Below are positions 1 to 7,564 of a DNA stretch of 32,000 nt, in pieces. A program made the position numbers and the translations under genes. The notes under the pieces were generated by a model. It saw only the letters and a program-made list of their open reading frames with translations. It was not told where the DNA came from and ran no database searches. The stretch lies in the NCBI RefSeq assembly GCF_000299365.1, contig NC_018655.1:1050001-1082000 (forward strand). The letters are read 5' to 3'. Each line of letters opens with the position of its first letter. The first letter of the stretch is position 1. The stretch is from Candidatus Nitrosopumilus koreensis AR1 (lineage in GTDB: Archaea > Thermoproteota > Nitrososphaeria > Nitrososphaerales > Nitrosopumilaceae).

Positions 1-998
1 GGAATTGCCTTTTGATATTCAGAAAATCTCTCAAAATCATCTTCCTGATATCGCTCATAGTGAGATTCCAAGCCTACTTTATGACCCATCATATCCTCTT
101 TATCCAAAAAATTTACCTTGGCACGTCTCATCATGGTGTTAAAATATTTTCGAAGACCATGTGCTAGCATAACCTTGTGGCGTTTCTTACCGGGTTCTAA
201 CGGAGGTCTCAATCCAGCCTTTTTAGCAAGTGTGTTCATTCTTGATTCCATACCTCTTTTGCCTATTCGTTTAGGATCATGAATCCTAACTGAAATAACA
301 AGAGGTTCAGAGTCTTTAGGATATCTCATGAATCTAGATTTCCAATATTCTTTGTACAGTTGCAGATACTTTCCAGCTTCTGGTGTAAAGTGAGTCCAGT
401 ACTCTTCATTATCACCATGATAAACTCTCAGAGCACCGCCTTTCAATGAATTATCATCATTGTAAAAGAACAAGACATCTTCCCACGTGAAATAGTCCCA
501 TGCCTCAATTCTAAATCCTGCTGAAGAAGAAAGCGTTATCATGATTTTATCAACAAGGTTTGTGGCATTTGCCATTAACATTTGAAGTTGTTCTCTAGAG
601 TATGCCATGTCTTTTGACTTGCCGGGTTTTGGAATGGATTTTCCTATCATCTTCCATGAAAAGTCAATATCGTTTGCAGCAAACAATGCCTTGATTGGTT
701 TGATTAAATTCAAAACTCTTGCAGGAGAAATCTCTTTAGAATCTACTTTCTTTTTTAATTCTCTAACATATGCATTGATAATTGATTTGCCTATCTTTAC
801 ATCGTCTCTAACAAGAGCAACAAAGGCTTCTGTTTTGTCAGTAGTGTCAATCTTTTTTTCTTCAAAAATCTTGTCTGGAATTAAATCAAGAAACTTTTGT
901 AGATCATTTGTGTATTTTTTGCGAGTTTTTTCATTTCTGATATAATCTAAAAAATTCTGAAAAGCAGACGATTTTACATCAGAAATATCTAATTTCAT
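1..998 (-). pseudogene. Tyrosine recombinase / phage-type integrase; the C-terminus runs off the window and the N-terminal region is frame-disrupted
   Basis: It is absent from the ORF track because it has no in-window stop. My hand translation of the minus strand 899->1 is open for 299 codons: ...AYSREQLQMLMANATNLVDKIMITLSSSAGFRIEAWDY...KKRHKVMLAHGLRKYFNTMMRRAKV...DMMGHKVGLESHYERYQ. This is the R / HxxR / GH / Y layout of tyrosine recombinases. The ATG at 998-996 is in the same frame, but that frame carries TAG (950-948) and TAA (902-900). A second frame is open 978->889 and encodes QNFLDYIRNEKTRKKYTNDL, a typical integrase N-terminal segment. Confidence 0.65.
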
Positions 999-1040
999 AC
1001 ATTCTATAGAACTTGGGGCTATTTTAGTAAGTAAAATACA

Positions 1041-1070
1041 GGAGAGCCGACTAGTCTCCCCCGCCCTCAG
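1041..1070. other. Isolated GC-rich island with a hairpin (GGAGA-N9-TCTCC) followed by CCCCCGCCC; possibly an att core or a structured RNA fragment
   Basis: The sequence ggagagccgactagtctcccccgccctcag stands out against AT-rich flanks. It lies between the integrase ATG (998) and the stop of the next gene (1137). Stem 1041-1045 pairs with 1055-1059. I could not fold a tRNA cloverleaf on either strand. Confidence 0.3.
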
Positions 1071-1136
1071 ATCATAAGACCTGATGAACAACATACATTA
1101 CAAAATTTGTATAAAAACACAAAATAATTTTTGAGC

Positions 1137-1589
1137 CTAAAATCCCAACAAAACAGACTCACCGGTTAAAGAATCAAAGAATAGTTTTCCGGCTGCAATC
1201 AAAATAACCACAGATACTAGAATCTGCAGATATCTCTCCTTAACATCAATAGACAATCTTGCACCAACCAATCCTCCAATAAAAGAGCCAATTGCCAAAA
1301 ATCCTGCTTGAAGAAAATCAGGATGCCCCAAAAGACTGTGAACGATTACTCCAGATAATGAAGCAAACAACAAGATCATCTGCGAAGTTGGAGCAGCTTT
1401 CTTCATGGCCATTCCCATGCCGACAACCATCAATGGAACAAACACAATACCACCACCTATTCCAAAGAAAGAAGAGATTATTCCTGCAAAAAAGCTGGCA
1501 CCTATTGCAAAAACCATCATTTGTGCAGAGACTTTTTTTTCTTTTGTTTCAATTTTTTTTTCGCAAGAAGATGTATGCAGCTGATGCAA
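1137..1589 (-). CDS. TauE/SafE (DUF81) family membrane transporter, C-terminal half; either a continuation of 1549..1923 after a frameshift or a separate half-size gene starting at the MMVF Met at 1520
   Basis: ORF track, 150 aa. It carries the second copy of the DUF81 repeat (FFGIGGGIVFVP). Removing one A from the A9 run on the coding strand joins the two ORFs as ...FLRKKIETKEKKVSAQMMVF... Confidence 0.65.
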   Translation of the reverse strand: MHQLHTSSCEKKIETKEKKVSAQMMVFAIGASFFAGIISSFFGIGGGIVFVPLMVVGMGMAMKKAAPTSQMILLFASLSGVIVHSLLGHPDFLQAGFLAIGSFIGGLVGARLSIDVKERYLQILVSVVILIAAGKLFFDSLTGESVLLGF

Positions 1590-1923
1590 TCAATACAAAA
1601 CCAAATAAAATTTTAAAAATGTCAGGAGCAACATCACTTGAAATAATTGCCCCAAGAACAGTTCCAGGAACTGACAACAGCCCAAGTTTTAACCCCAAGG
1701 AATATTCTATTCGTCTTTGCCTAGAATATGAAACAGTGGATGCAACAGCATTACTTAGAGCAGCAAAGAGACTATTGCTTGCAGCAGCAATTGGCGGAAA
1801 TCCTAAAAATGTTAAAACAGGAACTACAATTATTCCTCCACCCAATCCAATCATAGACCCCAACACTCCTGCTGCAAATCCCAAAAGAATTAGCCATAAT
1901 TGATCAATCATCGTATTTGCCAA
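1549..1923 (-). CDS. TauE/SafE (DUF81) family membrane transporter, N-terminal half
   Basis: ORF track, 124 aa. It is hydrophobic with the glycine-rich GSMIGLGGGIIVVP motif typical of DUF81. It ends FLRKKN* inside a T9 run (1553-1561 on the plus strand). Confidence 0.7.
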   Translation of the reverse strand: MANTMIDQLWLILLGFAAGVLGSMIGLGGGIIVVPVLTFLGFPPIAAASNSLFAALSNAVASTVSYSRQRRIEYSLGLKLGLLSVPGTVLGAIISSDVAPDIFKILFGFVLIASAAYIFLRKKN

Positions 1924-1946
1924 TCAAAGAATTTTGTTGTATATAA

Positions 1947-2600
1947 TTAGACGTGTTTTAAAATTATTAATGTCTGTAACACAGAATTATCTTTTGATGT
2001 AATTTCTAAGAGGATTTCAGTATCTGCCAGGTTATCAATTTTTGATTTGATATTACGTTTATCAGAATCATAATAGAATGTGTGTACAGCATCCACCCAT
2101 TCAGGAATGGATTCAAAGCCAATAGCATCTTCTTCCTCCCAGCAGTCACAGACAAGTGTACGAATTACTGTTTCAAATATTACAAATGTTTTTTCTTTGT
2201 CCGATTCCAAAGTACCAGTTTCAAGGTTAGCTATTGCCAAAATAGGAGAGTCAGTACTTCCACCTATGTTGATGTTTCCAAGTGTATTTCCATCCGAATC
2301 TAAAACAGCAGTGGTTGTACAGTATTCTACATTTTTAGGCAGCCCATTTTCAAAGAATGTGCAATATTGACTAATTGTGTGATCAGTTACTGCAGTAGGA
2401 GACGAGACAAATATACCATTTTCTTTTAGAGACGTCTGAATTTTTTCAATATCATAATAAGTGAATCCAGAGTCATAGATGGGTGTTGTGAGAGGTTTAG
2501 GAGATTCGTCCATAGTCAGCACAGCATAAGAGATAACAACTGCAATTACAAGAACAATAGGAATCACAATGAGTTTATTCACAATCAACAACTCTGGCAT
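1947..2600 (-). CDS. Hypothetical protein with an N-terminal membrane anchor and an extracytoplasmic domain
   Basis: ORF track, 217 aa. One N-terminal hydrophobic helix (LIVIPIVLVIAVVISYAVL) is followed by a soluble Cys-containing domain. I recognise no motif. Confidence 0.6.
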   Translation of the reverse strand: MPELLIVNKLIVIPIVLVIAVVISYAVLTMDESPKPLTTPIYDSGFTYYDIEKIQTSLKENGIFVSSPTAVTDHTISQYCTFFENGLPKNVEYCTTTAVLDSDGNTLGNINIGGSTDSPILAIANLETGTLESDKEKTFVIFETVIRTLVCDCWEEEDAIGFESIPEWVDAVHTFYYDSDKRNIKSKIDNLADTEILLEITSKDNSVLQTLIILKHV

Positions 2601-2622
2601 TCAAAGATAAGGTTTTGCAATT

Positions 2623-3114
2623 CTAAATCGATATTATAGTCAAAGTGGAATCTTTTGTAATGTTGTTTTGTTCAACGAATCCAGCAGTTACTTCAAGGAC
2701 ATAAAGTGCATCGTGTTCGGGCACCACACTTTGGCACGTAGCAATTTCTAGTGCAGCTTTGCATGGAGGAATGTTTTGTTCGATATGAACAGCTTTACCA
2801 TTTACATCAAACCAGATCATGTCAAGTGGAAACTGCATGTTAAGCATCCACAGAGAATAAAGTCCAGGTTCATCAAAGACAAAAATCATTCCTTGATCAT
2901 AAGGTAATTGATCCTGGAACATCAGTCCGCGAACTCTTCGTGGTTCAGTATCTGCAATCTGTACCTCAAGTGGGATATCATCAACCATGATTGTTCCTCG
3001 AGGAAATTCAACTGATTCTAGCTTACTTTCGCTGGGAACAGACATCAGCCCTACAGCGCCAATGATAACTGCGGCAATTGAGATTGGAATAAGTGCCTGA
3101 GCCCTAGTAGCCAC
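2623..3114 (-). CDS. DUF192 family protein, membrane-anchored or secreted
   Basis: ORF track, 163 aa. It has an N-terminal hydrophobic segment. The core GLMFQDQLPYDQGMIFVF...WMLNMQFPLDMIWFDVNGK...YVLEVTAGF matches the DUF192 pattern (GLM...GMlF...M.nt..pLD.i.fd...vLE..aG). Confidence 0.7.
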   Translation of the reverse strand: MATRAQALIPISIAAVIIGAVGLMSVPSESKLESVEFPRGTIMVDDIPLEVQIADTEPRRVRGLMFQDQLPYDQGMIFVFDEPGLYSLWMLNMQFPLDMIWFDVNGKAVHIEQNIPPCKAALEIATCQSVVPEHDALYVLEVTAGFVEQNNITKDSTLTIISI

Positions 3115-3199
3115 AGTATGATTTGCAGACTCCTTTTAAAATACGTTAATTATCTTTAGAATTTAGGACATTTATACAAACAAAAGCAAATGGTAGTGA

Positions 3200-3943
3200 T
3201 TGCCTGAAGATAAAATACTTCCAAAGGATATAGATTCAGATTACAGTCTACCCGGACGTTACGAAGAAAGTAATCCAACATATCAAGAACCAAACATTCC
3301 TCAAGAGATACCACCAAAACCAAGAAGCAAAAGTCTGGTTATAGGAATAATTGCTTTTGTCATTGTATCATCAGGATTCTTTTCATATTACTTTATCAAT
3401 CAAAGCGAGATAGACTCACAGATTGTTCAGAACACACTAAACATGAGTTCAGAGCAAGTATTGGCAGACCAATACAACATTGGAAAATATGGAAGTGATC
3501 ACACCCATGCTGCAATACTTGTTGTAGTAGATGAGGAGCAACTAAATTTTGGCTTGCCGCAGTTTCAGCTGTCAAGTAAGTACATACACTTTGAGGATCA
3601 TAATCCATATTTGATTCACAAACATGCAACTGGAGTACCATTAGAGATGCTCTTTGTATCGATAGGATTGAAAGTAACACAAGACTGTATTTTTGTAGAA
3701 TATGGTTTTTCTGAAAGTACTAGTGAATTTTGTGCAGAAGGAAAAAAGTCAGTTCAAGTTTATCTAAACGGAGATAGATTTCTATCAGACATATCCCAAT
3801 ATGAAATTCAACAGGGGGATAGAATACTAATCACATTGGATGAAAAATCAATTTCAAAACATTTGAAATATTTAGATTCATTTAGAATATTTGATGTTCC
3901 AGAAAAACCATCAATTAATTCAGGAAAGGATATTTTTATCTAA
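3200..3943 (+). CDS. Hypothetical single-pass membrane protein
   Basis: ORF track, 247 aa. There is one TM helix (LVIGIIAFVIVSSGFFSYYFI). The only in-frame start before the TM helix is TTG at 3200, which is directly preceded by in-frame TAG TGA. Confidence 0.55.
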   Translation: MPEDKILPKDIDSDYSLPGRYEESNPTYQEPNIPQEIPPKPRSKSLVIGIIAFVIVSSGFFSYYFINQSEIDSQIVQNTLNMSSEQVLADQYNIGKYGSDHTHAAILVVVDEEQLNFGLPQFQLSSKYIHFEDHNPYLIHKHATGVPLEMLFVSIGLKVTQDCIFVEYGFSESTSEFCAEGKKSVQVYLNGDRFLSDISQYEIQQGDRILITLDEKSISKHLKYLDSFRIFDVPEKPSINSGKDIFI

Positions 3944-3951
3944 ATTATAAT

Positions 3952-4320
3952 CTAGTGATTCATCACAGATGTTTTAAAATCACTAATTGATGAAAACGTG
4001 TTTTTTGTTTGATGACCAATATCGTGAATTGTAGCACTGTTGTATTTCTTCTCAAGATACCTACCTGCAACTATCATAGGACCTCCAATAGCACAAGTAA
4101 CACCTGTTGGTTCAGGTACCCATAACATCAAAAACCCAATTTTTTGGAGTTTTTTTCCAGGGGCAGGAGCTTTTTGGAGAGCACCCAATGAACGTGCAGT
4201 ATGTTTATCATCTATTTTTGCAACATCAGAGTACAAACTTGCTCTTCGTTTTGCAGATTCAGATACTTTTCGGAGTTTATCTAGTCGTTCCTTTAGAGGG
4301 TCTACCATTCCGAAATACAA
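3952..4320 (-). CDS. Hypothetical protein
   Basis: ORF track, 122 aa. The antisense ORFs 4040..4339 and 4107..4424 look spurious. The gene is divergent from the DtxR-like gene. Confidence 0.5.
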   Translation of the reverse strand: MYFGMVDPLKERLDKLRKVSESAKRRASLYSDVAKIDDKHTARSLGALQKAPAPGKKLQKIGFLMLWVPEPTGVTCAIGGPMIVAGRYLEKKYNSATIHDIGHQTKNTFSSISDFKTSVMNH

Positions 4321-4357
4321 TCAAGGAAAAAATAGTTAAGATTCAAAGATCAACAAC

Positions 4358-4386
4358 GGTTACTTCTGAGTCAACAAAGAGTAACC
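4358..4386. promoter_or_regulatory. Imperfect inverted repeat GGTTACT-N15-AGTAACC in the divergent promoter region; a candidate operator
   Basis: The arms are 4358-4364 and 4380-4386. The GGTTA/TAACC half-sites resemble DtxR-box half-sites, but the spacing is not canonical. Confidence 0.2.
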
Positions 4387-4443
4387 AAAATTCTGCAAAA
4401 AGACACCCAATTATAGTAGATTAAATTTAGATCCAAAGAACAC

Positions 4444-4908
4444 ATGAAACCCAAAAACTCAAAGAGACTGGATTCCATTAAAGCTGCACACAAGTCAGAA
4501 AAAACTCGCTCCAGTACAAGGATGGAGGATTATTTGGAGATTATTTTAGAATTGGTGGAATTAAAGGGATATGCAACTACTTTAGATATTTCAAGATACA
4601 TGAATGTCAGTGCTCCAAGTGTAACCAAAATGCTGCAAAGACTGGATGAGGGCGGATATCTAGAATATGAAAAATATCATGGGATCAATCTTACAGATAA
4701 AGGAACACACATAGCTGAGGGAATTAAACAGAAACATGGGATATTGTTAGAGTTTTTTGAGATTTTAGGTATCGGGTATGATACTGCAAATCAAGACACA
4801 GAAGGTATAGAACATCATTTGAATCCAAAGACAATCAAACAGTTAAGAAAATTCATCACATTTCTAAAAGCAAATCCAAAAATTATTGAAAATTTTAAAA
4901 ATCTTTGA
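4444..4908 (+). CDS. DtxR/MntR-family metal-dependent transcriptional regulator
   Basis: ORF track, 154 aa. MEDYLEIILEL...ATTLDISRYMNVSAPSVTKMLQRLDEGGYLEYEKY...LTDKG is the DtxR-type winged-HTH N-terminal domain. The true start may be the internal Met at 4522. A TATA-like ttatagta box lies about 30 nt upstream of 4444. Confidence 0.8.
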   Translation: MKPKNSKRLDSIKAAHKSEKTRSSTRMEDYLEIILELVELKGYATTLDISRYMNVSAPSVTKMLQRLDEGGYLEYEKYHGINLTDKGTHIAEGIKQKHGILLEFFEILGIGYDTANQDTEGIEHHLNPKTIKQLRKFITFLKANPKIIENFKNL

Positions 4909-6271
4909 GAAACAATTGAATGTCATTTTGTGATGATGCAAGTTTCATCAAGTTTCTTGCAACATCAGAGCGTTTTGGGATTTTGATTTGCCCTTTTTTA
5001 CCGATTCGAGTAGATGTAATATATTCATCACCAACGTAAATGTCTGCATGCATTGCAGTGTACTCTTTACTTACAGTTAGAATCAAAGAGGTTTTTGATT
5101 CGGAAAAAGTGAAGGGAAGATCACCAGAGTCTAAATTAAAATGCTCAGAGTTTTTTTTAACAACATCAATGTGAACTTGAAGGTATTTTTCAATTTCATT
5201 AATGTTGGAGCCACCTCTTCCAATAATGGATGGAATGTATTGTTCATCAACTAGCACCTTTACCTTGTTATCAGAAAGAATTTCAACTTGAGCATGAGGA
5301 TCATATTTTCTAAAGGTTTCACGGATTTTGTCCTCAGCTAGTTTTTCTATTCCAACTTTGGTCTTTTTCCCAACAGGTACGATCACATTTTCTTCTCCAA
5401 AGGTGTAGATTTCATGCTCTAGTGTATTATCATCAAAGTTTCTAATTTCAATTACAGGCCTAGCAAGGTCGGATTCAGTCATGCCGGAAGGAACCTTTAC
5501 CTTTAATTCCAAATCATAGACTTTTTCGATTTGCCCGTCTTTGACAAAGACTACAGTATCCAAAACATTTGGAATTATTCCAAGCTCGATTTTTCCAATG
5601 AATCTTTGAATTGCATCCAAAGGAGAGTTTGCATGAACGACACCCACCATCCCGACACCAGTCAATCTCAAATCGGCAAATGTTCTAAAGTCTTCACGTC
5701 TCCTTACCTCATCAAATACAGTATAATCAGGACGGACAAGAAGTAAAATATCTGCAGTATTATCAAAACTCCCATCAAGTTTGCTGTATTGGGTAATACC
5801 AGGTTCAACTTGCAAATCACGTGGAGACTCGAATGTTTTTACAATTTTTCCTTTGTTGTGATAAAAATTTGCAAGACCTGATGCCAAGGTACTTTTCCCA
5901 GAACCCGGAGCACCTGAAATTAAAATTCCCTCTGCTCTATCAGATAGGCGCTCCATCAGTTTTTCAGAAATTTTGTAATCTTCAAGAGACAGTTTGATTA
6001 TTGGGTGCACGATTGTTATTTCAAATGATTCAGAGAATGGAGAATGTGTAATTGCAATTCTATAATCATCATGTTGAACTACAGATGCACCAGTCTTAGA
6101 TATTTCAATAGTACTAGAATCAATGGCGTTTGCAACATCCAATATTTGCGAGGAGATCATCTCCAAATAGTCTCTTGAAAGAACATCATCACTGATTCTT
6201 GTAAGTAAAAAGGCACCAGGTTTTCCTTTTTTGGCAAGAGGGTATTGGTTTTCTTTGAGATGAACACTCAT
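4895..6271 (-). CDS. ATPase plus KH-domain part of an archaeal PIN/ATPase/KH protein (PilT-family ATPase, COG1855-like)
   Basis: ORF track, 458 aa. It has Walker A GAPGSGKSTLA and a C-terminal KH motif IIGRGGSNINEIEK. The upstream in-frame sequence FFDADT joins it to the PIN ORF if the T7 run is read as T6. Confidence 0.8.
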   Translation of the reverse strand: MSVHLKENQYPLAKKGKPGAFLLTRISDDVLSRDYLEMISSQILDVANAIDSSTIEISKTGASVVQHDDYRIAITHSPFSESFEITIVHPIIKLSLEDYKISEKLMERLSDRAEGILISGAPGSGKSTLASGLANFYHNKGKIVKTFESPRDLQVEPGITQYSKLDGSFDNTADILLLVRPDYTVFDEVRRREDFRTFADLRLTGVGMVGVVHANSPLDAIQRFIGKIELGIIPNVLDTVVFVKDGQIEKVYDLELKVKVPSGMTESDLARPVIEIRNFDDNTLEHEIYTFGEENVIVPVGKKTKVGIEKLAEDKIRETFRKYDPHAQVEILSDNKVKVLVDEQYIPSIIGRGGSNINEIEKYLQVHIDVVKKNSEHFNLDSGDLPFTFSESKTSLILTVSKEYTAMHADIYVGDEYITSTRIGKKGQIKIPKRSDVARNLMKLASSQNDIQLFLKDF

Positions 6272-6281
6272 CGTATCAGCA

Positions 6282-6713
6282 TCAAAAAAACTTCAAAAAT
6301 TCCAGAGTCTCTTTTTGGACTTCTGCCTTTAGAAATACAGTTTGAACACCTTCAGCTTGAGCGACCAGATGTTGTACATTATCAGAGGTGTAAAGAACAG
6401 CATCATTTTGCTTTGCCATATCAGTAATTATTGCATCAATTCTTCCACTTCCTGCAAGTTTAATTTCATCAGTAGAAAGGTGGGAGCCCTGCAAAATTAT
6501 TTCCAATCCATAACTACCAGACAATTCTTTTAGTTTACGGATTTTCTCCAATCCTACAAATCCCTGTTCTTTTTTATTTGATGCTTGAGATTGCAGTTCA
6601 TCTAAAACTGCCTGAGGAATTATAATTTGAGAATTTCTAACAGTTCCTTTTTCTATTTGAGACAGTAATTGGCCATTAATTACAACACTAGTATCAGCGA
6701 CAATTTTTGACAA
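6282..6713 (-). CDS. PIN-domain part of the PIN/ATPase/KH protein
   Basis: ORF track, 143 aa. IVADTSVVING...IIIPQAVLDELQ...AIITDMA...LYTSDNVQ shows PIN-type acidic residues. It ends ...LEFLKFF* with its TGA created inside a homopolymer (A7 at 6284-6290 on the plus strand). Confidence 0.75.
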   Translation of the reverse strand: MSKIVADTSVVINGQLLSQIEKGTVRNSQIIIPQAVLDELQSQASNKKEQGFVGLEKIRKLKELSGSYGLEIILQGSHLSTDEIKLAGSGRIDAIITDMAKQNDAVLYTSDNVQHLVAQAEGVQTVFLKAEVQKETLEFLKFF

Positions 6714-6743
6714 AGTTTTTACAAATTATAAATGGAGTGTGCC

Positions 6744-7112
6744 CTAATTATCGTTTCCTGAAATATCACTAATTGATTTTAACACACTGGTAAAATCAAA
6801 AGGTTTTGAAATATACGAAGTTGCACCAGAGTTCAGACATTGAGCGATAATTTTTTGATCATCACTTGCAGTGATCAAGACAATTTTTGCATCAGGATCA
6901 TATGCAATAACATCTTTTACAACTCCCAAACCATCTTTTTTTGGCATTGCTAAATCAAGCAAAAGGATTTCAGGATTATGTTGTTTGTATAAAGAAACTG
7001 CTTCCTCACCATTAACTGCCTCAACAATTACTTCGTGATCACCAATCAACAAAATATCTTTTAAAACTAAACGGATTGCATCTGAATCATCGGCAATCAT
7101 AATTTTGGCCAT
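6744..7112 (-). CDS. Stand-alone response-regulator receiver (CheY-like REC) protein
   Basis: ORF track 6744..7124 starts at TTG; the ATG at 7112 (MAKIMIADDSD) is the more likely start. It has the acidic pocket DD, the phospho-acceptor LLLDLAMPKKDG, LITAS, and the conserved Lys in ISKPF. A TATA-like ttttatat box lies about 24 nt upstream. Confidence 0.85.
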   Translation of the reverse strand: MAKIMIADDSDAIRLVLKDILLIGDHEVIVEAVNGEEAVSLYKQHNPEILLLDLAMPKKDGLGVVKDVIAYDPDAKIVLITASDDQKIIAQCLNSGATSYISKPFDFTSVLKSISDISGNDN

Positions 7113-7149
7113 GATTAGCAACAAACTATCAGATATAAAAGATATTGAA

Positions 7150-7503
7150 TTAAAGATTATTTAGAAGATTTTTTGTTTTTTGTATGACAGAGTCTAAATC
7201 GGAATCGTTGTTCATATTTTGGGCCAAATCTTCAACTAAATTATTCATAACATCAAACATTCCAGAAGGGGTTTTTCCTGCCATAATTTGTTTTAAAATG
7301 TCATCAAGAACAGCAGCTAAATTTCCTAAAGCATTTTTTCCCATCATTGGGGCCAACCCCTTAATTTTGTGAGTGTGTTTTTGAAATTTATCAGAATTTT
7401 GAAAAACTTCAGCATCATCAGAACAAGAATTTAAAATATTTTTCATGCCCAAAATTTCTTCATTGATTTCTTTGGTTGCCAGTTGAACAAATTCATCAGA
7501 CAT
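7150..7503 (-). CDS. Histidine phosphotransfer (Hpt) domain protein
   Basis: ORF track, 117 aa. It carries the HxxKG motif, HTHKIKGLAPMMGKNALGNLAAVLDDIL. Confidence 0.7.
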   Translation of the reverse strand: MSDEFVQLATKEINEEILGMKNILNSCSDDAEVFQNSDKFQKHTHKIKGLAPMMGKNALGNLAAVLDDILKQIMAGKTPSGMFDVMNNLVEDLAQNMNNDSDLDSVIQKTKNLLNNL

Positions 7504-7564
7504 TGTAATAGTGATAGGTAAAACCTGTCATTACTTTTATACTCTATGCCATAGGTTTTCTCAT

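Noticed and set aside
607-945. 112-aa plus-strand ORF in the track
   Set aside because: It lies entirely antisense to the integrase reading frame, which has clear catalytic motifs. It is a low-complexity hydrophobic translation with no motif.
1020-1095. Possible tRNA gene or tRNA fragment, or a C/D-box sRNA (TGATGA at 1083-1088), next to the integrase
   Set aside because: I tried both strands. The only stem (GGAGA/TCTCC) has a 9-nt loop with no T-loop sequence. The candidate anticodon stems have 6-, 8- or 10-nt loops, and no matching acceptor stem exists. No CTGA D box follows the TGATGA at a suitable distance. I kept it only as an unexplained GC-rich island.
1292-1903. 203-aa plus-strand ORF
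   Set aside because: It is antisense to the two DUF81 halves, which show family motifs and TM periodicity. Its translation is low-complexity.
3190-3202. The ATG at 3190 is out of frame with the 3200 TTG-start ORF; possible indel
   Set aside because: There is no homopolymer between them and nothing recognisable is gained by repair. I accepted the TTG start with reduced confidence.
4040-4424. Two overlapping plus-strand ORFs (99 and 105 aa)
   Set aside because: They are mutually exclusive frames antisense to 3952..4320 and show no motifs. The 3' part of one runs through the divergent promoter region.
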